DNA of 43,577 nucleotides, filler included, from Jimgerdemannia flammicorona (taxonomy: Eukaryota), in NCBI GenBank assembly GCA_003990765.1. It is 2 parts of 2 records of this genome, joined end to end, with 100 filler letters (N's around TTAATTAATTAA, not from the genome) between each part and the next. Parts side by side here need not be neighbours in the genome. Positions count along the whole stretch, not along the records: positions 21,841 to 43,577 come from RBNJ01001403.1; 1 more part is not named here. One strand, written 5' to 3'. Both the position numbers and the translations under genes were made by a program. The notes below the pieces were generated by a model that was not told the DNA's origin, did no database searches, and saw nothing but the letters and a program-made list of their open reading frames with translations. This document shows positions 21,841 through 35,841 of this stretch, piece by piece (positions within the stretch are counted from its first letter, which is position 1; every line of letters starts with the position of its first letter).

Positions 21841-24800
21841 TTTTTGTAGTCTCTTGGACTTCACTATTTATTACCATTCTATTAGCTATAAGTACAGAAC
21901 CTCATCCCACTACCCAATCCCCCTAGAGGGACCTCTCTCCATACTCTCACACTTAAATATCATCCTATCACCCATTACTCCAACTCTCTCCTTACTCTGC
22001 CTACAAATTTTTTCTACTAATCAATATTACCTACCACTCTGCAGACTCTGTCCCAGCCACCAGCCTGTCAAAACATCCTCCATCAACCCTTTCTATCTTG
22101 ACAGCTGGTTTCCCATATCTAAATATTTTCCTTTCTCAAAAACAAATAACCAGTAATCTGCTAGCCCCACCTATACAGCCAATACTCAACCTAAAGTGAG
22201 CTACTCCTTCCCAATCCCCTCTATCAATCTATCCTTAAGATCCTCCCATTGATTCCTCTCAGCATTCCCCCTATATACAATACCCAAATGAAACCCAACT
22301 GCTAATCAAAAATCACCAAGTATCTCACACTCTCTCAGTCAATATTCTGGCATCTGCACAAACCCTCCTTTCTGCCCTACATTATAATACTCCTTACAGT
22401 CAAAACTCCTCCCCTCCACAAGATGGCCTGAGTGAAGGTTGAGCATAACATTCCTCCATCATCCCTTTCTCCACTACCTTACCAGTCACAAAGTTTGGTA
22501 GGCAACCTTCTAAGTCCCCTTTCCTCTATTATTACCCCCCCTCTACCTCAGGTTAGTTTGCTGTGCCTACATGGGCATAGTGGAAGGAGGGCAATAGTGA
22601 TGAGTTGCCCCTTTATCAGTATCTAATTGGTGTCTTCTTCACTTTTTCATGGTTTCTGGTATCTTCAGCTGCATCTGGAGTGCATTCATTTTGGTGCGGT
22701 ACCTTCTTCCTTTTGCCATCACCAACAAGGTATTGTCTCAGTATGTCTCAGACTATGTAGAGAGTTGGCTGACCTTGGGTATCAAGTGCTCAGTATAGGT
22801 TACCTACAGATCCTTGGTATCTATGGTGGAGCCCTCTGGCTTTGGCAAGCTTCCCGGTGAGCACAGTTCTAGCATAGGTGACTACTTTTCAGATATTGTC
22901 AGGATGGGAGGGGAGATGGCCATTACAGATAGGAGAAAGGGCGATAATGGTGAACCAGTAGGATACCAGGCTGGGGGTGGTCATTGGGGCTGGGGCAGGT
23001 GCTGCTTTGGTGGGGCCTTTTGATTGATGTGGTGCAGTTAGGTAGTAGGTGTCACTCTCGGCTTCTTTTGGTGGGTTGGTGGGTTAGGCCCCAGTCATCA
23101 GGGGGGGTCGGGGGGCCCAAGGCTACTCATTTCAGGCATCTTGGCTACACTCAACTGGAACCGGGTGCTGACATGACAATGTGATCAAGGCCCACAGACT
23201 TGAGTAGTGGGGTATTGGGGGTCTCCTTCCATCTCATGTGTAAGTTCTTTACTCACCTTGACTGGGAGAACCAGGCCCTACCCACCATGTTGTACTTTGA
23301 TGAGAGTTTTTCTTTGCCTGTCATTCTCTTTGGGGAGGCAGGGGCTATTCTATTCGGCTCAGACATAGCCTTGTATATACATTGGGTTCTCAGGCATGTG
23401 CTTTTGGTCATTGGCATATGGTTGGGTTTCCCCTGGTGGTAGAGAGAGCATGGTGTGCAGAATGAGGTGCAGGCCAACATAGGCCCTGCTGTGCCTGATA
23501 TAGTCAAGCTGCTGGACAATAGCTAGCCTAGGTTAATGGGGGGGCAGTACTTAGTGGGTGGTGGGGGAGGGTTTTGGCCTATATAGTCTAGGTTCCCTTC
23601 CAATAAAATTCCACAGGACATGAGTCCATTAAAAAAAAAAATAAAAAAAAAATAACATTCCTCCACAGCATATGCTATCAGACCACCCAGTACTTAGGTA
23701 GTAACTATCTCCTCACCTCCATACTCTAGGCCCAGACTCTATTTCAGTTTCACTTCTCCCCAATATCTGCTATCTACCAGCCACCAGGCCAAGCATCCTG
23801 GCCCAACCTCCTCTGGTATTTGACCCTATCTCTAATATCAAAATCCAGAAAGAGTGTATCCCCCAACAATACTCTATCCCATCTCTATATTGCCAGGTCC
23901 CAAGGCTCCTCCCCTTTATCTCCCTGCCAGTGGATTCCAATGTAGTGAGCCCCATCTACTACACCCCACCAGAAGCCCTTATACTGCATGTGCCCACTAT
24001 TTTGAAGCCCAACCAAGGACAGCCAATCTCCAGTTAAGCCTCTTGGTGAGCACCTCATCTTCCAGATCTTCTTCATCAGTGGAACCCAGCTACCACTCCT
24101 CAGTTCCCCCACTCTCTTCAGCCACCATACTCTCAAACAATGCAGTCTCTTCAGGAAGTTAACCAGCCCAAAGTCCTACTCTAGACACCAGTAATGATAA
24201 GATTTCCCAGCTAATCTGACTCCTCCTTCCCATCCAGATCCAATTTCTATCCAACTACAAAAGCCTCTTCACCACCCAGGCCAGAAAGTCCAGATGATAT
24301 ATCAGATACCACAGCTTTAGCAGTCGGTAGACATTCAAAATTGTAATATGCCCCACTAAAGAAATGTAGTAGCCTCTCCAACTCTACAGGGCCTCTCCCC
24401 AGATAGCTACTCTCTATTCCCACCAAGGTCTTGGTAGAATGGACCCATATACTAAAAGATATATACCCAAGTACCTAACAGCCTCTTCAGTAGGGACAAT
24501 TGTTACAATGACATCCCCTCCCACCAAGCCATTGCTCAATACTATTATTTTGTACTTATACCAGTTGAGTTTTGCTCCAGAATGTGCCTTGTACCACTCT
24601 ACTATTTCTCAGAGCTCCTCAATATCTGCAATTGATCTCAGGCCATTTACTATGTCATCTGCAAAGGCTCTAACTTTCCACACCACACCAAATACTAAGA
24701 GTCCAACTATCTTCTGCCAGATCTTATCCATCAAAGGCTCTAAGGATAGAGTGTACAAAATAGGTAACAGTGGGTCCTCCTGGGGAATACCCATATTCAG

Positions 24801-27800
24801 AGGGAATGCCACCCCTCTATGTCTATTATATATGAGCACCACTTGACTTCCTTCCAACAGGCTGACTATTGCCTCCCAGAATTGCTGGGGGACACCAATT
24901 CTATCTAGTACCTTTATCAGCCAGACCTGCCAAATATAGTCATAAGCCTTCTTCTGATCTAAGAAGACCATTCTCCCATCCAGTCTACAAGCACAAGCCT
25001 CTTCAATAACACTATGCACCCATGCTGTGCCATTCCTAATAAGCTGGCCCCCAATAATGTCTCACTACTCCTCTCCCAAGACTTGCTGGGCCACCTTCTG
25101 TAGTCTTGCCACCACCACCTTAGTGACCAACTTCCTGTCTATATCCAGCAGTATGATTGACCACCAGTACTTCCAGTCCTCCCTCCTACTCTTGTCCTTA
25201 AAAAGCAGTACCACCAGCCCCAGATCCTGCTCACCCACCCATCTCTCTGACTGCAGTACTAAGTTACAAAGCACCATCAACTCTACCAGCACTCTAGGGA
25301 CTTCTACCATCTTCTCCCAAAAGTCCCAGAACAGACCATCCTCTTCTGGTGCTGTACCTGGCATAGTTATGGCAAGAACCTAACAAATCTTCTCCTCTTG
25401 TACTGGCACTACCAAACTGTCCAGTCCATCTACTTATAGTGGGTGCCAATCCTCCAAAGTACATTCTATGGCAGCCTCATCAGCCCCACTCTCCTCCTCA
25501 CTCTACAAACCACTCCACCTCTCTTTCAGTGAGCCCATGATATCTTAGGAACCATGAATCAGTATACTATTGGAATCTAGGACCCCCTCTCATCTCTGCT
25601 GCACTCTCTTTGCTCTAAGGGACTCTGAAATAAACTTAGAGAGCCTCTCTCTCTCCTCCAGCCCCTACCAGTGCAGCTGTATAGCCAAACCCTATACCTG
25701 TATCTTCTCCTCCTCCCTCAACACTTATTGTAGCTCTGCAACTACTATCTTTACCTGCCTCACCCTTCAGTCCTCCATCTCCTCCAAAGCTAAGAGCTCT
25801 GCCCAATCCTCCAAAAGCTCAGCTAATCTAGCAAAGTCCAGGTCACCCTCCTTCTCCTCTGTCTTCCAGCCTCCTTTCTAGCTACACTCTAGTAGACCTT
25901 AGCAGCCTCCTTCAATCTCATCCATCAGACACTCACTGGGGCCCCCTCCTATATCTAACTCTCCATTTGCTGCCAAATGTCCTCAACTCACTTTTTCCAC
26001 AACACCTTCTCAGCCAATAAAGAGAAGTTGAGATGCCAATGTCTAGGCTCATCCCCACTCCCTCCAAAGTGACTCTGCCCCAATAGCCCACAGTGATCAG
26101 ACCCTGGACACCACTCAGCCTCCAGTGATTTCCAAACATCCAAACCCCAGTGATCTGTTGTCAATATCCAGTCAATCCTTGTCCCCAGACCATTGGTCCA
26201 GTGTGTGTAGACCCTCCTATCTCCCCAGAGTCCCCTAGCAGGATCCACTAGAGAACTTAGCCTCTCTACTTTCTCCCATAACCCCAGACCCCTGCTCTTA
26301 CTCTCAGCCCCCTGCCCTCTATCAGTCTTATTCATCTATATATCTCAGACCATATTAAAGTCCCCTCCAAGAATATCTCCTCCTGCCTCTGCAAGGGCCC
26401 CACTCTCCTGGAGACCCTTCATCCAATCCACTCTCTCACCATATATAGCAGGGCAGTAGCAGGACTCCACTGTAACTAGCTCCCAACCTGATTGAATCCA
26501 CTCTCCCCAGACCAGCCTATCTCCCCAGCTCCTCATATCTTATATCTCCCCTCTGCCTCTCTGGACCAAGATCCCAACCTTACTATTCCAAACTACTACT
26601 CCTTTCCATTCTGGCATCTATTGCAATCTGTCCAAGTTGTCTTCATATCTAACATCCTGCAAAAGAAAGAGATCAGTCTCCAGACTCTTAAGCTAAGTAA
26701 AAATATTCCAATGTTTAACCAAACCCCACAGTTAATTTAAATTTGAAGAAAAAATATTCATTGTACTATTTATAAGAAATAATATTAAGAGTCCTGCTTG
26801 CTCTCTACAACTCTATATCTATCCTTTCCTGTATCAAGTCCCCATTGTGTTCTATAGCCACCTTCTCCTCTTTAACTCTCCTTGCCTCCATTCTTCCCAG
26901 AAGTTCAGTTAGTTCCCCATTCTCTTTTTCCTCAAAATCCTTATAATACTCTAAGCAGACCTTCTGCCAGAGCTGTAATTCATAATGCTCTGCTCAACAG
27001 AAGGCAGCCTGCTCACCAGCCACCACTGTCAGCTCAGCCTCCCTCTCTTTATCAATCTCATACCCTTTCCTCTCCAAGAAAACTATAAGTACCTCCACCT
27101 TCAGTGCCTCCACTATTCTATTACCATACAGAATCCTTGCCCAATGCTCATCACTCATTACTCTCAGGTCCACTTCTCTCAACTCTTCAGCCACAAAGTT
27201 ATTCATCATCCAGCATATCTATTGTAGGTTTCCCACCTCCTTCCCCCCTGGAGTTGCTGGACTTCCTCCACCCAGCATGGACATATCTACTCCTGTACTT
27301 GTAGTCTCATCCCACCCATCCTCTGAGACATCTACCAGTTTCTTCTTGCCAGCTACCACCACTTATCCCCTCTTTGTTACCTTAGAAAATCCAAAGTATA
27401 CTTGCTGGGCACTACACATTAGCATATCCTCTACTGCCCAGCCTCTTACAGCTGATCCCCACCTAATAAGAGGAGGAGGAGTATCCTCCCAGACTTCAAA
27501 TGTACAATCCTCATATAGGTTCTTACTCAGTGCCTTCCTGGCCTCCTCTGGACCCACCTCTACAATCTCTCCACTACTGCCAGCCCAGATACTCACTTTG
27601 GCTCCTCCAGTATCCTCACCACTACTAGCAGTTCTCTTTGCCTCTCTCTCTAGTTTCACCAGTAACTCTCTCTGCTGCTTACATTCTTGAGACATCTTCC
27701 ATATCTTCTTATTCATACAGTATCAATAATCTCTATGTGCATTGACTCTACATATGTCTTCTAAGCCTTTACTCTTTACTCCACTATACTACTCTGCTTC

Positions 27801-28810
27801 TCCAGTGCCTCCAACAGGTCCTCTTCCTCCTTCTTACTCCCCTTCACCCTCATCACCTTGTGCACAAAGGCTCTCCACACTATCACTATAGGCCAATCAT
27901 GAGCCTTCTCAGTAGCCTCTCTCCCTGTCAACCAAATCTAGATATCAACATCTCTTGTCTGGAAGGAGGTCCCTCTCCAGACTCTGAACTCTACATTGAC
28001 TATCTCTCTATACTTGGCTATAACTTCCTCAACTCTCCTACTTATCTCTACAACAGTCACTATAGGAACCCCTTTCACTAGGAGCTATACTACTCTGGGA
28101 TCCTATCTCAAGCAGTACACTATCAGAACAGATACCTCTTCAACTGTCAACCCAGTCTTCAGCACCTCCTTCAATGACCCTCCCCTTCCAGGTCCCTCAG
28201 GAACTTAACAGATGCTGTACCATTCATCTACTTAGTAATCAGCCCTAAAACCATCTTTGCCATCACTGCCAAGCCCTGGAAGCATAAGGTAACTGCAAAC
28301 TCTGAGATCTATTTCTTAAATAATAGGGCCACCACTAGGTCTATTACACCATCAGCCAGATCACTAGGCCTTATGTCCTTCCCACAACCCAGTTCACTAT
28401 CAGTAGTCCCATTTAGATTTTTTTCCAGATTACCCATCATGCTCCCATCAGTAGTTACCCCCTTAGCTACTACACTGTAAGCTCCACTACTCTGGCCCCC
28501 CCGAGAGACTCCCCCCTGCTACTGCTATCCTGCAGTCTTTGCCACCTCCTAACCCCTCCTCAGTCAGCTCTCCAGTCTAGTCACCAGCTGTCTCCCCTTT
28601 ACCATATCTGCAAAACTCACTCTCCTGATTTCCCATCCTCCAACACTGCTCTCTCCCCTTCTATATTCTCTCACTAACAGGTCCCTTATACTTTCCCCCA
28701 AGCCTGGGCCTCTCTCTACATATTACCAGTCAAACACACTTGGGCCCCCCTACCTAGTATACACCTCAGAATACTCATTTCTCACCATGTTACTAGTATC
28801 ATTTCTCTAA
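21841..28810 (-). mobile_element. Decayed two-ORF LINE, L1/Tx1-like
   Basis: ORF2 remnants from ~26761: APE endonuclease (N..GL, LLQD, LGGDFN, RIDWIL, SDH) and RT (LDQKKAYD, GIPQEDPLLPILYTLSLEPL, AFADD, YLGI); ORF1-like region ~26790-28790; T-run (poly(A) tail) at the gap; 5' boundary approximate. Confidence 0.9.
22459..23651 (+). mobile_element. Nested poly(A) retroposon (probably a 5'-truncated LINE) in opposite orientation
   Basis: Perfect 14-bp TSD ATAACATTCCTCCA (22445-22458, 23652-23665); AATAAA at 23602-23607; A-tail at 23631-23651; composition differs from flanks. Confidence 0.88.
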
Positions 28811-30605
28811 AAACTATGTTATGAGTATTGTTAAATAGTTGTGTAATCTGAATATTACTAGAGAAAGATGGCAATCTACATGGCTATGTAGTTCTTTGTA
28901 TAATTTATATATGAGTTCACTATTTAGACTGTTGTATAGTTTATATCCTTGCAGTTAACAGACATATAGTTTGGTGTCTACATCACTATTTAAGAATACT
29001 GTCTTTATATCTATTTGATGGATTTTGAGATTGTATACCACACCAATCACAAGGAGTATTCTAGGTAAAGTAAGCTTAAATACTAGCAAAAATATCTCAT
29101 TGTAGTCTATACTATAATCTTGTAAATAACTCTTAGCAATAAAATGAGCTTTATATTACTCTACATTGTCATCAGTATTATACTTTATCCTATAAACTTA
29201 CTTGGATCCAATTGCTTTATAGTTGGACAGATAAGATACTAGGTCTTAGATACTATTCTTGATAAGTGAATTGTATTCCTCATCCATTGCATGTTCCCAT
29301 TTCTTACTATCTAGATATTGCATAACCTTGTTGTATGTACTTGGCTCACCAGAAGATATCATAATATATGTACATTTGTATACTTTGGTATAGCTCATAT
29401 GGTCTTGATATTGCTACTATCTAGAGCTCACTTGTATGTCTCAATAACTTCCTAAATCTGAATATATCTCTTGGTATACATTGGACTACTTTTGCATTTG
29501 TTTACTCTTCATAGAAGATCCTTTATTATTGTATTCATCTTTGATCTCAGTAATCCTTAGCTTAGAGACATATAGTGGTTGGAAATAGTTTTGATTAACT
29601 ACTGTAATTATTGGAGATATTGATAGTATCAGTTGTTGTACTAGCTAGAACATAAAGGTTTCTATGGATATTTCTACATAGATTTTCTTATTGTTTCCTT
29701 TTTTTATTGAATTATATATTATGCAAAATCACTATGTATTTCATATATAGATTCCAAAGTCTATATGATTTCCCACATTTTGAAGCTATCATTAGCATTT
29801 TGTTATCATGTGAATTATACACTGTTATATCTTTTGAATATATGTGGATCTCTTTGTTGTTATGGAACATCATTTTTCCTATAGAGAAGAGGTTCCTTCC
29901 TATCTCCAGAGTATACAGTACATCTCCAAGAGTTGCAGCTAGCTTGACAACATTTCTGTAGAGATATATTCTTACATTTTTCTTTCCTTGAGTATAGATG
30001 ACATTGTTATCTTCTAACTTGATAGGTATAGGGTGTTCAAAAGGCTCATATATAGGGAACTATTCTCTGTGTAACATGACTCCAGAATCCATTAACCAGA
30101 CATCATTGTCATTGACTATATTGATACATTCAGTAGATATATTATTGCTAATGATACTGATATCATCACTACTCTTTATCAGCCCAAAAGTATTTTGCTG
30201 ACTGGGATTTATAAATGATAGATTGGTGGATTTCATGGTATATCTTGTACTGGTAGTAGAACTACTTGTCATAGATATTGATCTTATACTAGCAGAATTG
30301 ACAGTAGAGCTAGTGGCTTGTGCAAAAAATAGATTACTGCTTTCATCAGTTTCAGCAGTGTTTGCATTATTATACTTCTCTCTATAGTTTTTTCTACTAC
30401 TCTCACATTGTCACTATTGGCTTTTACCATATTGTTGCTTATTTTCACTACTCTTCTTAGCTATAGAAATAGTATTTCCTATATTTATACTTGCCACAGT
30501 ATTCATAGTAACCATTATACTTAATTGATTAGCTGGACTGATTATTGCATTATTGATCTTGGGTTTGGGTTCATCTTGTTTGGCCTTATTGCCCATGCTT
30601 CTCTT
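28811..30605 (-). pseudogene. Copia fragments (gag end and protease, deletion, then RT N-terminal half)
   Basis: WLMDSG protease motif (~30090); EPSTY...KWEHAMDEEYNSL, YKAHFIAK and QIDIKTVFLN RT motifs (29350-28990). Confidence 0.85.
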
Positions 30606-30752
30606 GTTTATAGATAGAGCAAAGATTTCGAAGATAGTTTGCTCTCCTGGTTCCAAGATGAAGTTCTTGTATAATCTGATTAGTTGGCAGTATACTTGCT
30701 AAGGAGTATCTTTCTTAAAGTAGTTGATCTGAAGGAGATATACTTTCTTCTT

Positions 30753-31148
30753 ATCTAAGCTTCCAAATTCTTTAGTTTGTCTTATTCCTTTAGTCAGTTC
30801 AGAGACTTCTTGTAATTATAGTGTCTTGACTTCTATAAAGACTGCCTGTGCAATCTTCTATCCTCAAAGAATTCAGTAACATTCTATTCTACTATTATAT
30901 AAGATAATCTTAATTTTACCTATATATCCTGAGTCTATAGTTTCTCCTTATATAGTTACTTCTTATCTAGTAAGCCCAGATCTTGAGGTCAGCTGGATGT
31001 AAGTTTCTTTGGATGGCTGCATGACTACTCTTATTTTAAACACCAGTGTTCTTCCAGATTTGATAGGTTTGTTCTCCAAACTGTAGAAATTATACCCTAC
31101 ATCTTTCTGGTGGACTATGTTCAGGGGTTTGACCTTGAGATGGAGCAG
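30753..31148 (-). pseudogene. dut: Second dUTPase remnant, downstream of protease
   Basis: Manual translation: DVGYNF, LTSRSGL, GETIDSGYIGKI, KIAQAVF, RQTKEFGS (degenerate motifs I-V at correct spacing); several stops. Confidence 0.85.
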
Positions 31149-34100
31149 GACATACTGAGTAATATCATTACTAAGTTTCTGCTATCCTTGGGCTGAAGCT
31201 CTGCTGGCTGTAAACCTCTAGGCTCTGAGGTTAAGGTGTGGCTATCTGGCTCCACTAGAGGGTTCTTAGAGGTAATTGATTTCTCTTTTTCCTGTAGAGT
31301 CTAGGGCTTCCATATAGTGGCATCTTCTATCTATTCTTGGCAGATTGCATGTCTGATGGAGTGAGAATGTCTTCTCCCAAACTATAGATCTTGAGGATCT
31401 TTCTTCCAGATTTCTTCACTTGGTTTTTTCAGATCTGAGTTCTGTTGTCTCCTCTCTTTAGTATATAGACTCCAACATCTTGGCTGAGATGAATCTTCTG
31501 ATGTCTACTGTCTTGGCAGTCAGGGTGTCTTCTATGATTGTAGTATCTTATTGTTCTAAAATACTTCTCTTAGTTGTTGATTTCTTATTACATTGGAAAT
31601 CAGTATCTATCTTAGTTATAGACTAGAGAAAGAGTAAACAGGGGGTATACTTCTGTTCAGGTGAAGAGGCCTTGTCCCCTAGCTCAACTTTGCAACACTG
31701 TGATCATTTCTTAGAAGATAGTTAACTGTATGATTGTTGTTGGGAATTCTGGTCTATAGCATCTCTGTTTTTCTTATTGATCCAGGAGATAGTACTGATA
31801 GCAGTAGTCTTAGAGAGAGTGAAAGACCATTTAGTACTGGCATCTTCCTAGCCTGAAGGCTTTTTCCTAGTATGTTTCTTGTTTTGGGATAATGGTAACT
31901 ATACTCAGTTCTTCTTAATATTCCAGAGGTCATTATCTTCTGGTAGTATCCAGTGAGGATCATCTCAGGGAATAAGTTCAGAGAGGTCTTCTTGTTCTGA
32001 AGCTTCTTGTTCAGGAACCTCCTGTTCAGAGGTTTCTTCTTCCTCAGATAACTATTGACCCCAGATTGCTTATACTTCTATAGCTTTGGCTGGAGATGTT
32101 TCTAGGACATATCTATATGTATTTCTTCTTCCTTTTTCTGCATTTGGGGCAGGCTATGCAAGGCAAATTCCTTGTTCCAGTGAATTTGGAGAAGTATTTG
32201 GAGTACTTGTATTTTTTGAGATAGGTGGGGCATTCTTTGATCTGTCTTATAATAGCTCTGATTGTGATAGAGATAGTATTTCTGGCCCACACATTGTCTT
32301 CTGGCCTATCCTCTGCTAGGTTGATTCAGAGATTGAGCCTGGGATCATTTTCATCTTCAGATTCTCTTCCTCTTCTGTGGTAGACCCTTTACTGCTGGCA
32401 TATTCTTCCTGGACAGTGATCTTCTTCTTCTTCTTTGATTGCTCATAATTGGTCACCTTAATACTATACTTTTTGCCTTAGTAATCAAACTAGAGTACTT
32501 ATTGACTGATATCAATAACTGCATTCATTTCCTTCATTCAGTTGGTGCTAAGAATCATATCATAGGTGACAGCTTCAGTGATAAGAGCTTTTAGAATAGA
32601 GAACTGAATGTGTCCCAAAGAGATGATAATGTTTCACACTTCTCTAAGAGGTTGAGTTTGGGCTCCTTCTGCTACTATAATGCTGAGATTGGATAGTCCA
32701 TCAATGGGTCATTGAAGGGTGTCCAGAAATTATTTAGCAATAATACAGACAACTACTTCTATATCTATGAGGATTTCCACTTTTTTTCCTCTAATATCCC
32801 TATATAGATAGGTGCTGGCATGTCTCTCTACAACTTGAATAGAGATGAAAGCTGGTTCTCATTGTGGGATTGGAACTCTGTCAGTGCTGGACCTGGTAGT
32901 TCTTAATAACTTGTTTCAAACTCTAGCTGGTATCAGTTGCAAGAACTGTAAGAGAGGAACTTCCATCTTGGCTTCTTGAATCTTTTATCAGACTTTATTA
33001 TAGATATCTCTGGGTATGGTCTTTGGGGTATACTTCTTCTTGGGCTTTGGGACAGCAGGCTCTTGCTCCATTTCTTCATCCTCTAAAGATGTTTCATTTG
33101 TTTCAGAAACAAAGAGTAAGGGAGATTAGAGAGATATTTCTACTTACTTCTATTCATGTCCTTCATCTTTCTCTTGAATTCTTCTGCTAGTATTCTGAGA
33201 TGGTTTTCCTACAGATCACTTTCTTTTTTCTGCTGAGAAAACTGTCTTTCTAATGATGACTTTGGCTGAGTATAAGTTTAGATTACTATAGTCTTCACTG
33301 TTGCTTTTTTCTTCAAAGTCTTCAATAGGATAGGCTTCAGTCTTTATATACTGAGTTTCATTTCTTCAGTTAGATGATTCAGAGTCCCTGTGGTTACTTC
33401 TTTTATTATCACATTCAGTGGCATAGTGTCCAAATCTATAGTGAAAGCATTGGACTTGGGCTCTGTTTGGGACAGGGTATCTTCTTTCTTCTGACCAGTA
33501 GTCACTATTATCTCTAAATGAATAACCTTGGTTTCTTTATGGTATATATCCTCTATTGTCTTGTGGGTAGCTCTGATTTTTAAATATGGTGAGTTTTTCA
33601 ATCTGTTCAACCTATTAGTCTAACTTAGAACTGAGGTCTTGAATTTTACTCCTATCCTTCTTCTATTCTTTGGCTCTTCAGATCATTTCTATTCTTAAAG
33701 GAGTCCTTATAGGGCTTTGACCAGAATATCTTCTTTATCATCTTTCTTATCATAGTAACTCCAGGTAGTTTCTTATCTAATATTAAAAAATCCTTAAGCT
33801 ACATCTACTTAGTCTTCAGGTCTCCTGATGCCTAGAGTGCAGACATACTGAGTAATGTTTGGTGGAATTCTATTCATAAAGATCATTGGACTCATAATGT
33901 CTTGGTTGGTGGTATTGGACCCAGTAGTATGTATTCTTTTTTGAATTCTTATGAAGAATGCTCTGGGTGATTCTCTAAGGTTCATCTTCATTTCTATGAT
34001 AGATTCCTGTATTTTATAGTAGATCTCATTTCCTATATACTTCTCAATGAGCCAGTGGATCATGGCCTGACATTCTGTCAGCCAGATTGGTGCTATATTG

Positions 34101-34898
34101 ATGGTAGCTTAAAGATCTGAGTTTATATTATTTATTGCTCAGATGAAAATTCCTTTGGCTAGTTCTCTGAGTTGAGCCTTATAGATAGTGACTTTTCTTT
34201 CAGGAGAGAGGTTCTTCAGAGCTGCAATTCTTTCAATTTTATCAAGAAATTCTCTTGGGTCTTCATCTGAATATCTAGCAAAGATTGGCAATGGGGTGGC
34301 CATTTTGTCATCACTGTCTTCTAGTTCTGATTCTTATTCTGGTGCTACATAATTCTGATTCTTATTCTGATTCTGATTCACTCTCTGAATTGTTACTAGA
34401 GTTTGGGACACTTGGATATTCTGAGTATAGTATTGGAGATCTTGAGTGAGATGGAATAGATCTGAGTATCCTTAAAGAAGCTGCTCTCTGGTCTTATTCT
34501 ATGACAGCTGATGATAGAGGTTCAATGGGCAAAATTGATAGGTCTCCTATAGGAAGTTGGGCATGTACAATGAGATCTTTTAGTTTTTGAGCAATTTAGT
34601 CAAAGTTGATAGCAGAGCTGTCTGTGTTATCTGGTTGATCCAGTTGATCTAGTAATAAGTCTGTTGGTATGGGCTGGAGATTCTGTACTATGCTGGCTTT
34701 CTGTTGAGATCCTTCTGATGCTGGGTAGTTGGTAAGTCTTGAAGTAATTATTTCAATTCCTGTCCAAATACTGGTGATGACCAGTTCATCTGTGGTAGCA
34801 GAGATTGGTGTTATATCAAATATATCCAGTTTGACTGTGAGTTCTTATGTACTGAAAAGTTATGTTAATTTTGAAATCTTTCTAGTTGAGCTCTCAAA

Positions 34899-35841
34899 TG
34901 TAATATAGCTGACTCAATAGAGGCAAATTATAAGGTTGGGGTGGGGGGTTGATATAGATTGGCTTGAGTCCACAGTTACTTTCTCAAAAGCAACAAAATG
35001 TTCTAAGATTCCTTATTGATATTTAGTAATATAATAGTCAAAGCTGGATATCTGCAGCCAATTTCCTTATTGGAATGGTTCTTTAGATGTAGTGGTGATT
35101 TGTATGTATGATATAAGTAGATTTATTCTTGGGTAGTAGATGATTTCTGTATAGTATGACAATCTGCTAATTTAGAAATTTTCTTCCTGAGAAGTGATGA
35201 TCTCTATATAGTGTAATAGGTTCCTTATATGATTTTTATATAATGGTCTTATTTCTAAAAATATATGATTTCTGATAACAATCTTAGTAGTATTCTATAT
35301 TTGGTAGTGAACTTGGTTTGGTAGATAACTCAAATAATAACTTAGTTAGCAGATAACTTAGATAACACAGATAACTTAGATGACTTAGATGGCAGATAAT
35401 TCAATAACTTAGATAATACAGATTCTTCTGAATTGGTAGCTCTCTGGAAATATTAGATAACTTAATAACTCAGATAACTTGGATGGCAGAAATTCTTGAT
35501 AAGTTACATCAAAGACTGGCTTTGTTTGTATGAGATTACATCATAGACTGACTCTACTGTGAAGTTGTGTCAGATAGACTAGCTTATGGTAAGATTTCTA
35601 TAAGACTTTCTAAGAATGCAGATTTCTCAAATAGTGGCAAAGTTCTTTGCTCAAACTTGGCAGGTTTCTCAGATTCTTCAGGCTTATCTGATATATAAAC
35701 CAAAACATAGTGGGTTATTCCTTAAGTGACAGATTTCTCTTCAAAAGTCAGTAAAGTTCTTTACTTAAACTTGACAGCAAATCTTCAAGCTTTATATTGG
35801 AAAGTAGACTAGAGTGTGGGAAAAGAGAACTAATGCTTACA
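34899..35841 (-). repeat. Putative 5' LTR of the second Gypsy
   Basis: TGTAA...TTACA termini; non-coding; internal AGATAACTT tandem repeats (~35320-35480); no partner LTR in the window. Confidence 0.5.

Larger units (their letters stand above)
30606..35841 (-). mobile_element. Truncated, decayed Gypsy-like element (putative LTR, gag, PR, dUTPase; RT onward missing)
   Basis: Gag-like EDPREFLDKIER and ESPRAFFIRI; protease-like EILIDIEVVVCII...YDMILST (~32800-32540); dUTPase downstream; interrupts a Copia integrase at ~35841. Confidence 0.75.

Noticed and set aside
35320..35480. AGATAACTT repeats as a CRISPR-like array
   Set aside because: Short degenerate tandem repeats without unique spacers, inside a putative LTR
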